A stretch of 49,710 nt of DNA, counting the filler, from Catajapyx aquilonaris (lineage: Eukaryota), in the NCBI GenBank assembly GCA_000934665.2. It is 3 parts of 3 records of this genome, joined end to end, with 100 filler letters (N's around TTAATTAATTAA, not from the genome) between each part and the next. Parts side by side here need not be neighbours in the genome. Positions count along the whole stretch, not along the records: positions 16,623 to 33,115 come from JYFJ02007182.1; positions 33,216 to 49,710 come from JYFJ02007183.1; 1 more part is not named here. One strand, written 5' to 3'. The position numbers and the translations under genes were made by a program. The notes under the pieces were generated by a model that saw nothing but the letters and a program-made list of their open reading frames with translations, had not been told where the DNA came from and searched no databases. Positions 24,111-34,675 of the stretch are shown here, in pieces. The first letter of the stretch is position 1, and every line of letters begins with the position of its first letter.

Positions 24111-26036
24111 ATGGAAGCAATGAGGTTAGCAGTTGTTTCTCTTTGCTCCCTGGCAGTATTCACATCGGGGCATGTTCAGACTTCCTTTGAGTCAATGGGG
24201 TCGGAGGAGGAAAAGCTGGTGGCCTCCCTGGTGGAAGATGTCCGTGGTTCGAGACCCGAGTGTCTCCTGGTGTTGTGCGGCGACTGGTTGGTGTTCCCCT
24301 CTTCGTTTAACCGGCTGATCAACAATGGATCGGAGGAAGTGGCGGTGGTGAGGTGGGACGGGACACCAGTGGACGCCAGTGGACAGTACTGGTTCTCCTG
24401 GCTGCACAGACCGGAGGCCAGGAGACTGGACCCCTGCGCCACCTTCCTCTTCGCCTTCGGGACACTGGACACCTTGTCTCCTCTGGTGGTCCACACGGCC
24501 ACTCTTCACCTCATGGACACCGGAAGGGACAGGTTCCTCTTCTGGCCCAGGGACGGAGGTCTGGACACAGTCTTGATGCATCCCATCGCCCAACTCATGC
24601 TCTTTCAGGTCGGGATCCAGTTCGACCAGGACTCCAGCTCGCTCAAGGTGATGGCGAACTGCCACTATTGCGACCGTGGTAATCCAAAGGTGGTGCATGT
24701 CGCTCAGTACACACCGGGTAAAGCTTTACCAGAATTGTTCCCTGATTATTCCGTGAATTTACATGGTAGGCACATAAACGGAACTTTGATGTTTGATTTG
24801 ACAAAGACAGAGCTGCAGTACATGTTGGACAATGTATTGCCGATGTTTGGCACTTTCATGTTTATTCTCGTAGCAAGTGACACTTTAAATTTTGATTGGA
24901 CCCTAGAAGCCGCAGAAATAGCAGATGGAGAACTTCCAGACTTCCGTTTGCCTGATGGAAATTACACAGGTCAAACAGGTGAAATTGTACGACAAAAGAC
25001 AGAGTTTGGTTATACAGTACTCACGCATGTAATGTTCGAAGCTGTTCAAGTCCTATTCCCCACTTATATTAGCCATATAACATTTATCACCAGAACTTCC
25101 AGACCGAGTTATTCTTGGAATGCAATCCTTATGCCATACACACCAGGAATGTGGGTTTTAATATTTATGTCATGTATAACAGGTGGTTTCGTCCTTTACA
25201 CTGTGTTAAAAATACAGAAGCAATACTACAGCCCTTTTCCAAAAGGTAAAGCTCCACCATCCTTCCTCCTTTATTCCTTGAGATACACATTTTCCACCCT
25301 GATTGAGGAAAATCCCAACAGTGTACCCGAAGGTGATGCTCCCCGACTGTTCATTTCCTTCTGGTGGATTGGTTCGTTGGTGTTAATATGCGGATACGAA
25401 GCTCTTTATTTTGGTTTCTTAGCATCTCCATTGCAGGAGGATTTGCCCAAGACATTTAAAGATCTGTATGATAGAAGTGATGACTGGAAATGGGGGACAA
25501 TGGCATCAATTAAAGCATACTACGTGAGCTTCATTGCAAATGGTGATTTGGAATATTTAAAGCCCATTGCAGCCGGAATGATGGGCGATAAAGATTTCAG
25601 TGTTTGTGTTCGCAAATCAATCGAGACCAATTACGCCTGCATCACCGCACCTGACATATTGTTGGGCATAGGGGCCCAATTTGTCGACAAGACCGGAAAA
25701 ATCCCAGTAATGGTACCCAAGGAGGCAGGATTGGGAGGCTTGGGGGGTTTTATCGCCGACAAGCACAGTTTGTTCGGGCCTAGCATCAACCGGTTTGCTC
25801 TGTACTACATCGAGTCTGGTCTTATGGCCAAGTTCGACCAGTATTTATTCGAAACCTGTTTCATTATTGGAATGAGAGATGCAAGAATCAAGGACATATT
25901 GTACGAGCAGTCAATGGCTCTTAACATTGAACAAATGAGAGGGGTCATGTATTTCCTATTCATTTTCAGCTGGTGTATGAGTGCCATTATTTTCGCTTGT
26001 GAGATTCTACTGGAACATTATTATCGATGTGTATAG
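24111..26036 (+). CDS. Divergent ionotropic receptor (variant iGluR-family chemoreceptor) paralog 2, intact, single exon, 641 aa
   Basis: Signal peptide; S1 motif PDGNYTGQTG; pre-M1 PYTPGMW; RLFISFWW...GYEALYFGFLASP helix; terminal helix LNIEQMRGVMYFL. ATG 24111 is preferred over 24090 because 24090 lies upstream of the Inr. Confidence 0.9.
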   Translation: MEAMRLAVVSLCSLAVFTSGHVQTSFESMGSEEEKLVASLVEDVRGSRPECLLVLCGDWLVFPSSFNRLINNGSEEVAVVRWDGTPVDASGQYWFSWLHRPEARRLDPCATFLFAFGTLDTLSPLVVHTATLHLMDTGRDRFLFWPRDGGLDTVLMHPIAQLMLFQVGIQFDQDSSSLKVMANCHYCDRGNPKVVHVAQYTPGKALPELFPDYSVNLHGRHINGTLMFDLTKTELQYMLDNVLPMFGTFMFILVASDTLNFDWTLEAAEIADGELPDFRLPDGNYTGQTGEIVRQKTEFGYTVLTHVMFEAVQVLFPTYISHITFITRTSRPSYSWNAILMPYTPGMWVLIFMSCITGGFVLYTVLKIQKQYYSPFPKGKAPPSFLLYSLRYTFSTLIEENPNSVPEGDAPRLFISFWWIGSLVLICGYEALYFGFLASPLQEDLPKTFKDLYDRSDDWKWGTMASIKAYYVSFIANGDLEYLKPIAAGMMGDKDFSVCVRKSIETNYACITAPDILLGIGAQFVDKTGKIPVMVPKEAGLGGLGGFIADKHSLFGPSINRFALYYIESGLMAKFDQYLFETCFIIGMRDARIKDILYEQSMALNIEQMRGVMYFLFIFSWCMSAIIFACEILLEHYYRCV

Positions 26037-26173
26037 TGTATTTATGTATAGCATCTGATGCAGTGAAATGTATTACAAATTGTATACCGAATAGAAACTC
26101 ATTTTTTGTTGAGTGTCCTGTGGTTGTGGTCAAACTGATTCTTTTGAAACAGCCCTTTTCATGCAGGCTCTCT

Positions 26174-26587
26174 TTAATACCCTTCATACAACCTCAATGT
26201 GATTTTTCTCACAGCACTAGCCTGTATCTCTTTTAACCCATTTCACGTCTAGCCAATAATAATGATATGAGATCTAATCACACCCTTGCATAATATATTT
26301 TTGTTTTTAAAATTCTGTCATTCCAGTCAGAAATTAAGGAGGTGCCAATGCATCATCAATCCTTTCACCATGAGACACACTGAACAAAAACAACCACTTT
26401 TTTCCATGCAATACGTGGTACACTTGGTCAAATCAATAAGACGATCGATGCGTAATGCCTTCGAGCGACATGTGAGCATTTATTGTTCTCCACTTGCCAT
26501 TTCATTCACGGAAAGTGGGAAATGGCTATTTCATGCATGCCAAATACTTGAAAACACAGTCTTTTCAAGGTGTGAAAATGTAGGTAC
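26174..26587 (+). repeat. Local direct duplication, copy B (partner 21910-22351)
   Basis: Collinear match by eye over ~415 bp. Confidence 0.9.
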
Positions 26588-26799
26588 GTACGTACAGTAG
26601 GGACAAGATAACTCATGCCTTTTGGGAGGTGGTTTGTATCCTTGGCAATCCTGCCAATCTGCCATAAGCATGAAGCATAAGCAGATGACAGTAGCCCTGT
26701 TTGTGACAACGTGTTCAAATCAAAACAAGTATGTACTGTACTACTATCACATCTTTTAATGACAAATCGAATAAAGACAGCAGCAATTTCACATTCACG

Positions 26800-28768
26800 C
26801 TAGTCCCTTCCTCTCCTACGCTTCTCCTTATCCCTCCTATCTTCGTCATCTCCAGGCCTCTTGCTGGCCTTCTTAGCCTGTGTCAAGAACTGATCCAAAC
26901 CAAACGGATCTTCCTCGTCTTTCTCAAACTGCACAGGTCCACTCCTGGGAGGTCCACTGCTGTCTATCCCGCTGAACTCCTTGTCCGGAACAAACCTATC
27001 GGTTCTGATCAGCTTGTCCAGATCACCTCCATACACATCGTTGTCCACGTTACGAGACGGGCGGTACAGGTTTTGACCCAAGGACCCTGACTCACGCCAG
27101 GGTTTGTCATAAACATTGTATGACTCATCATCTGCAAACCCTGAATCCATTCCTTTAGTCTGGTTAAATAGTCGTTGGTCAAACTGAGCTTCAAGACTCG
27201 GAGCTGACTTGGTTGGTAACCCCAGAGCAATCTGTTCTGATATGTCACGCTCACGTTCTCGCTCCAGACGAGATCGTTTGTCCGGAGCACAACGAGCAAG
27301 ATTCCTCTCGCGTTGTCGCTCCTTATGTCGCTCGAATCGCAGCTGGTCACGCTCCTGGACATCATTATTCTCTGATAGGAAGGCTTGGGTTCGAATCCCA
27401 GCACGCTCATCGCGAGCCTTCTGAGCAAGCTGTCGGAGATGCTCTTCCTTTTTCTCCTTCTCCTTCTGTGCCAGCTTCTTCTCTAGTTGCGAGCGCATTT
27501 CCACTGCTTCGCGAGCTTTGCGATCAGCAATGTAGAGGGCCTCAGCCAATTTGGCAAAGTTTTCATTGATATGCACCTGCAACAATACAAAATTTCACAT
27601 ATTGTTCCAGATAATCCTGCTTCATTTTAAAAGCAATTAATTTCCTCTTTCTTACCTGCTGCAATCCACGTCCATCAGAAGCCAATCTCTTGTCCAGTGG
27701 TATTGTGTACCCCTTTGCATTCTTCCAGTTGGAGATGCACGGTGGGATCCTCCAGTCCTTCTGCTCCTTCACTGTGACCTTCTTTGTTGGCGAATGCATC
27801 ACCGGTGCTGGAGGAGAAGGTGGACCTCTAGGAATCTTCTGGTTGATCCTAAACTTCGGAGGTTCCATTGGATCTTCCTGTAGCTCCACCATCCGTATGA
27901 CCCGCTGCTTTGCACCGGAATTGTAAGAAGCTCCTTGCTGTGATGGGGTGTAACGTATGAACTGAGCTGGCGCCTTCTTCTGGGCACATCGGACTGGCAT
28001 GGCAGATGAGATCTTGCATCGTGTCACCTGTTCCAAGGCCTGTCGTGTCCGTTCAGTATTATTTTCAATGTCCTCTTCACTTGGACGCTGCAACTCAGGG
28101 TCCTTTTCATTGGTCACCTCTGATGGCAAGAGGTCACTGAACTTGGAATAGACTATCTTGTCACGTCGGTGACCCTGGCGAGCAAGTATGTCGTATTTGA
28201 TCTTTCCTTGGGCATCCAGCTGGATTGCCAATGCATTGGAGGTTGATGCCTCGCCACCTTGCCCCATCCCCAAGGGATGCTGGGCAACATGGATCTCTGG
28301 AAACGATCCGCCATCACCAAAATCCTGCAAAGTTCATGCAAGTGTCATTTACGTACAAAATGTGCAACACTTGATGATTTTGTGATGAGCATACCAAGAG
28401 CTGTCTAAACACGGCTACACCTATGCTACTCTAGACCTCACCTCAACAAGTCGTGGAACCCAACCATTCCGCTTCCCATAGGGTGGGACTGTAGGGCCAG
28501 CAAGCACTAGGGCTGAGGATGCCCTCGTCTTCACTAGCTCCTCCTCACGGTCATACACCAATTGGGTCGGCGGAGGAAGAAGGCTATACAAAAATGGAAC
28601 ATAAGACTTCATATAATATTTTAATAACGAATTTTACATGGAACAGCAATAGCTAATCCAACAAGCCAGAGTAGAAGAGAAATATTTCTATAGATCTTGG
28701 AAATACACGTGTAGCTCACGATCATGCAGTAAAATATTAGGCAACACAAACCTAGTCAACGTCGCCAT
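26800..28768 (-). CDS. SNW1: SNW domain-containing protein 1 (SKIP/Prp45/Bx42 spliceosomal factor), 4 exons, 534 aa
   Basis: Exons 28768-28752, 28583-28442, 28324-27656, 27576-26800 with GT-AG introns and consistent phases; motifs DFGDGGSFPEIHVAQ, PPSPPAPVMHSP, IPPCISNWKNAKGYTIPLDKRLA, DPFGLDQFL. Confidence 0.97.
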
Positions 28769-29321
28769 TTTCACAACAACTCTCTGATGTAATCACACCA
28801 TCCGCTCAGCTAGAAACACAACAGAAGACTCTAGCCGAATGGTATTCTAGAATGCACCTCTAGAAGCTTCAACATTTGAAGTTGCCATGGAGATGACCTC
28901 TGTCAACAGCAAGGAATATAAACAAGCATTCTTTTGTTTCCATTGTTTATACTCTCCTCTTGTTGGATTGAGGGCACAATCTCCATGGAAACACCTTTCT
29001 CGTTAAACAAACTTTGAGCCTTCATCGATATTTTATTGGAATTGATTTGTAAGGAAAACATCGCTCATTTGCTATCATCATCCCCTTAGTCACCACAAGT
29101 TAGTGTCCGATCCCTGACAATATTACTGTACATCTTTATGCTGGCGGTAATAATATTGTTAATTATGGATGATTAGGTGAATTTGATTTTTCAAATTTAA
29201 AGCCCAGCATATTGAGTGCCCCTTTTGCGTCTCAGAATAAAATCGGTAAATTTTATGGAACGCTGTGACTGTGCAAATGTGCGACACCAATACCTCATTA
29301 TTCTGTATTTACAGTTGTGGC

Positions 29322-29406
29322 CGAGGGGGTAACCACTTCGGTACTCCGGTGTACACCTAGAATGGTACTCCAGTGTACACTTTTCAGTCGAGTGATTACC
29401 CCCTTG
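29322..29406. mobile_element. 85-bp hAT-type MITE with 8-bp target duplication
   Basis: TIRs CGAGGGGGTAACCACT / AGTGATTACCCCCTTG; perfect GTTGTGGC at 29314-29321 and 29407-29414. Confidence 0.9.
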
Positions 29407-30637
29407 GTTGTGGCAATGCACGCCTTCATGTATACACGTAGTTTCCAAATAGTATTCAAATTATGAAAATTTTGTAAAAAATAATAATTTTACATCGTTG
29501 TGTACTGTACAAGGAATCGGAAAAAAATATTAAAAGGATCATCCTTTCTGGCATTACAGATGTAAAAATTTTTCCTTCAAATGAGAATATTTTCCCCTAT
29601 GAGCATTGTTTTCCAATGTCACAGTGTGAAACTTTAGACACTTCTTAGCATTTCAAAACTTCAATCATTAAGATATGTCAACAAGTTTTCGAGTTTCAGT
29701 ATAGGGTTTTAAAATCAGCGCAATCTTTTTCGAAAACCTCGCCTTATACCGCCATACCTCGGTTAGACCGGCATGCCGGTCTATAGTCACCAGACCGTGA
29801 ATGTCTAAAAACTGGTAGACCTCGGCTACACCATGGCGCTTTAAAGTAGGCAACACGGTATAACAGACTTTCCGGAAGACTAAATGTGTGGGAAGTGTCA
29901 TTATTTTCATTAAACGTAATTTACATCAGAGTACAGTCTGTACAGTAGTTCATTAAAAATATATGAACTGCTCACTTTTTACGATATCCAGAACAATTTT
30001 TTTGATTATGATCCGTGTTTTCAACACCCGTGCACTCAGTCATTGGCCCGGATAACCGGAAGTATACAGTGTACTCCAATATATTATATTAGCCATAATT
30101 ATATTAAAAAGTTCATAGTTCATTTCCTTGCTACATGGTATGGTGGCACCACTGACACTGTATGTTAGAGGTGCTGCCACCTTCACATCAACCATCGAAC
30201 CTGCATTGATTTGTCGGGAAATATTTTCTCTCCCTTTGCTTACTTGAATTGATTAATTTATAAACACACACATGCCACCACTTGACATTGGCCTGGACTG
30301 GAAGAGAGGGCACTGACAGGTTGTTTGGGAAACATGTTGAGGTGACAATGATTATACCCTCAAATGACTCCCATGAATCACACAAAAAATGCACTGTTGG
30401 GGTAAGAGTGTGGCCACCTTGTAATGTCCACTGTTTCTCTTCCCATCAATAGTTAAACAGTAAATGCAGAACAAATTGCTGCTGACATGCAACCGTCCTC
30501 AAAGGATTACGCATCGATTTTTGTATAGATTTTAGAAAAATCAGTAGGGTCAACATGGGTTACGTAGTTTAAAAAATATAAAGCGGTAGGCTAATTACCG
30601 TATCCTTCCTGTTAACAACATTATCAGATACATATAT

Positions 30638-30996
30638 CGAAGCAATTTGGTGGAGTGGATAATGTGTTCGACTGCTAATCGGGAGGTCCTGGGTTCGAGT
30701 CGCGGGGCCGGCAATACTAACCGTGGTTTCCCACAGTCCCCCCAGGAGAATTCCGGGATTGTTTCCGTATAATAGGCCACAGCCGCAGCCGCTTCCTTCC
30801 TTTATTATCCTTGTCCCGTCCATGAGAAGATGCGGTGTCGGTGGGGAGTTTCTGACCAGCATCTAGGGGATCAGCTTGGGCTTGGCGAACGGGCCCCCTG
30901 AGGGACTGTACACGACCCCCAACTTGAGACATTGCACCTGCACCAGTGTCCCCACCATCATTATCCCTAGATCCTGTCCCCTTGCACTGGAGGAAA
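30638..30996 (+). mobile_element. tRNA-derived SINE, family A
   Basis: A box TGGTGGAGTGG 30648-30658 and B box GGTTCGAGTC 30692-30701; body collinear with 43024-43435 on the minus strand. Confidence 0.85.
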
Positions 30997-30997
30997 G

Positions 30998-31459
30998 AAA
31001 AAATAGGCAGTAAAACTGTAGAAAACTATTCTTCCTCTGGGTGAGATTAAAAGTAAGAAACCACTATCGATATCGCCTTGTAACTCATAAAGTAAGGCTT
31101 TTCAAAGAACGGTAGGCAGAAGGGCACCTCCCGGGAACATTTCGGTTCTAATGACACATTATATGACCCTCTACGACGCACCGTTTAGGCTGTACCCTGG
31201 TCTAAGTAGCGACACTTTTTTGAACTTTGACCCCGGCTAATGGACCCGGTAATGGCTCAAGATGTTGTTTATCTATCTAAAGTTTGAAACGGGAGTGAGC
31301 GGAGTGTAAATCTTGTTTCCGACTTGAAATCGATTTACCCGATCGCGAGTTATGAAGTCGGGAAATTAACATTGGGCGCGTAGCGATTCCCCACTATTCC
31401 TTTTTCGCGGGCCGGTTGCCCCGCGAAGTGGGGCAACCGGGAAGGGAGGAAGAATAGAA
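30998..31459 (-). mobile_element. Helentron-associated (DINE-1/HINE-like) non-autonomous element, apparently complete
   Basis: 12-bp subterminal IRs CTATTCTTCCTC (31026-31037) / GAGGAAGAATAG (31446-31457); terminal small hairpin plus T-run; hairpin CCGGTTGCCCC...GGGGCAACCGG near the 5-prime end; second copy at 33551. Confidence 0.7.
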
Positions 31460-31671
31460 CAAGTCTGAAAAGAAAAAGGTGCAATTTTATGCCAATCAAA
31501 TTCGGGGGGAACACATTTCAATTTATGTATCACCGTCACTGTTTCTAGAGCATGGATTTACTTACATGGTCTTGTATCACTGCTTAAAAGGAGAAAAAGG
31601 AAAAGAAAACTGCAAAACTTGACGAAAATCAAAACTTCAACAATAATTTATTTTACGGGCCGTTTAATGAG

Positions 31672-33115
31672 CTACAAAATTGTCTGGCGCAGTACTTCAA
31701 TAGTGAATACAATGACACCAATACACCAGCTGAAAATGAAGAGAAAATACATCACTCCTCGAAGTTGTTCAAATTTCAGGGCCATAGATTTCACGTACAA
31801 TCGATCCTTGATTCTTGCTTCTCTGATTCCAATAATTAAACATGCATCGAATAAATATCGGTCATACTTGGCCATAAGGCCCGAATCTATGTAGTACATA
31901 GCCATTCGGTTGAGGACAGGTAACAAAAAACTGTGCTTCTCAATAATTGGACCTGCAAAAAATAAAATTCCAGCATCGGTTGATACAACTATGGGGATGT
32001 GCCCAGATTTATCCGCAAATTGGGCTGCTAAGGCCCACAGTACGTCACCAGCAGAAATGCAGGCGTAATTGGTGTTGATTGTTTTACGCAAACATGTATT
32101 GAAGTCTTTTTCGTCTACCATGCGGGCTGCAATTGGTTTAAAATATTCTAATTCACTGTTCAAAAACAGGTTTGCGTAAAACGGTTTCGCACTCTCCAAA
32201 GTTCCCCATTCCCAGTGATCCCTTCTGTCGTTGAGGTCTTGATACGTCTTGGGTAGATCTTCCTGCAGGGGAGATGCCAGAAATCCAAAGTAACGTGCTT
32301 CATATCCACAAATTAAAACCAAGGAACCAATCCACCAAAATGAAATGAGTGTTCGTGGAGCATTACCTTCGGGTACATTGTTGGGATTTTCTTCAATCAA
32401 CGTGGAAAATGTGTATCTCAGAGAATAAAGCAGCAAGGATGATGGGACTCTACCTGTTGCAAAAGGGCTGTTGAATTGCCTCTGTACTTTTAACACAATG
32501 CAAATGACGAAACTGAACGTAAGGCAGGCCAAAAATATCAATATCCACATATCTACTGTGTATGGCAAGAGGAGAGAATTCCAAGAATAACTAGGTTTGG
32601 AAGTTCTGGTAGCGTAAGTCATGAGCAAGTAATACGAAGGGAATACAAGGTCAAGCACTTCACACATTAGGTATGTTAAGAATGTAAAGCTAAACTCTGC
32701 ATTCCTTCGAATTATTTCACCTACTTGACCTGTGAAATTACCATCTGGCAAACGAGAGTCTGGAATTTCTCCGTCAGCTAATTCGACAGCTGTCATAGAC
32801 CAATCAAAATTTGCCTCATTACTTGCCAATAGCAGAAACATCAAAGCACCAAACATTGGGACTGAATTGTCGTGCATGTACTGCAAATCTCCTTTCGACA
32901 AATCAAAGAGAAAGGTTCCATTAAATTTCTTACCGTGCATATTGGCGGAATAATTAGGGAACAACTCTGGTGTTTGGCTACCCTTAGTGTACTGAGCGAC
33001 ATGCACCACTTTTGGCCCACCCTGATCGCAATAATGACAGTTCGCCATCACCTTGAGCGAGCTGGAGTCCTGGTCGAACTGGATCCCGACCTGAAAGAGC
33101 ATGAGTTGGGCGATG
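31672..33115 (-). CDS. Divergent ionotropic receptor paralog 3, 5-prime end lost in the gap
   Basis: Frame is open from the gap edge to TAG at 31672-31674; collinear with paralogs 1 and 2 (PDGNFTGQVG, PYTVDMW, ISFWWIGSLVLICGYEARYFGFLASP). Confidence 0.88.
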
Positions 33116-33215
33116 NNNNNNNNNNNNNNNNNNNNNNNNNNNNNNNNNNNNNNNNNNNNTTAATTAATTAANNNNNNNNNNNNNNNNNNNNNNNNNNNNN
33201 NNNNNNNNNNNNNNN
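33116..33215. other. Synthetic assembly gap or contig spacer
   Basis: N44-TTAATTAATTAA-N44. Confidence 0.97.
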
Positions 33216-33550
33216 GATGTTCCTTGTGGAGTGGGCAAAAGTCGACTTTTTGCCATCTCGAAAACGGCTGGGAATTTTGGCATTTTGAGGATTTTTGGAC
33301 AATGTATATCGACTGCAAGAAATCCAACGGAATTTCGACCACAGCTCTACTACCTCGGGAAGTGCGAAATCTTTTCCATCCTCCTATATCCTATATCCTC
33401 CTCGTTTAGGGGCTTTATATATACTTGACTCGCTTTGCGAGGTGGGGGGGCTCCGCCCCCCCACCTTATCCCCTAAACCAACCTTCTTCGGTTGCTATTT
33501 TTATACAGTATACGATTGTTTCAACGGAAATGGCGCGAAGGACAATATTG

Positions 33551-33931
33551 TTTTTCTATTCTTCCTTCCTGCCCCGGCCCCGGCCCGCGAAAAAGGAATA
33601 GTGGGGAATCGCTACGCTCCCAATGTTAATTTCCCGACTTCATAACTCGCGATCGGGTTGATCGATTTCAAATCGGAAACAAGATTTACACTCCGCTCAC
33701 TACAGTTACAAACTTTAGATAGATAAACAACAACTAGGGCCATTACCGGGGTCATTAGCCGGGGTCAAAGTTCAAAAAAGTGTCGTTACTTAGACCAGGG
33801 TACAGCCTAAACGGTGCGTCGTAGAGGGTCATACAATGCGTCGTTAGAACCGCAATGTTCCCAGGAGGTTCTGCCTACCTTCTTTTGAGAAAAACCTTTA
33901 CTTTTTGAGTCACGAGGCGATTTCGATAGTG
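33551..33931 (+). mobile_element. Second HINE-like copy, 3-prime truncated (detached 3-prime ends at 34080-34142 minus and 34332-34355 plus)
   Basis: Reverse complement of 31062-31459 at roughly 90% identity by eye; begins TTTTT-CTATTCTTCCT. Confidence 0.75.
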
Positions 33932-34190
33932 TCAGTTTTGTGACTCTCGCTCTCTTTCGGTACCACAGAAAAACCCACCATGACTCGTCTGAGAGTCGAT
34001 GCGGAGAGGCTCTTAATAATAATTACAATACCTAAAATATCTTTACATTACTTTATTCTGATGGTGAAAAGAATTAAATAAAAATAGCCAGTAAAACTGC
34101 CGAAAACTATTCTTCCTCTGGGTGAGATTAAAAGTAAGAAACAAGTCCATAGGTGGGGGTTGGTTCGTGTCATAGGGATGTGTGATAATC

Positions 34191-34323
34191 AAATTTAATT
34201 CAAAACATTCGTGCTTTGGGGCTGGGAAGAATTAGGCAGATATCGCTTTTATGTACTTCTCCGACTCTCATACTCTGCCTAATTCTTCCCAGCCCCAAAG
34301 CACGAATGTTTTGAATTAAATTT
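34191..34323. repeat. Perfect 50-bp inverted repeat with 33-nt spacer
   Basis: 34191-34240 is the exact reverse complement of 34274-34323. Confidence 0.95.
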
Positions 34324-34602
34324 AATTACCAGGCAGTTTTACTGCCTATTTTTTCATATTCAGGGAAGGCGGAGTGTCGCAGTCGGCAATATGCGATGTT
34401 CATCCACCGGGTTGGATCCAAACCGTGGTCTCCCTTTCCATTTCGTCAGGAGTTGTATCTCCACCTTATAGTTACCAGAGATAGTTGCCCCCGAATGTCG
34501 CACAATGTCAGTACACTTACACTCGTAGGCTACATGCTGTCCTTCCCAATCGTCAACAATCATCATTCCCAAGTTCATCAGGACCATCATGGGCCGTGAT
34601 GC

Positions 34603-34674
<72 letters not shown>
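34603..34674. repeat. (TAT)24 microsatellite
   Basis: Read directly from the sequence. Confidence 0.97.

Positions 34675-34675
<1 letters not shown>

Noticed and set aside
30400..30445. Minus-strand WTLQGG peptide resembling the M1 WTxQxG motif
   Set aside because: Preceded closely by an in-frame stop, with no acceptor and no further similarity
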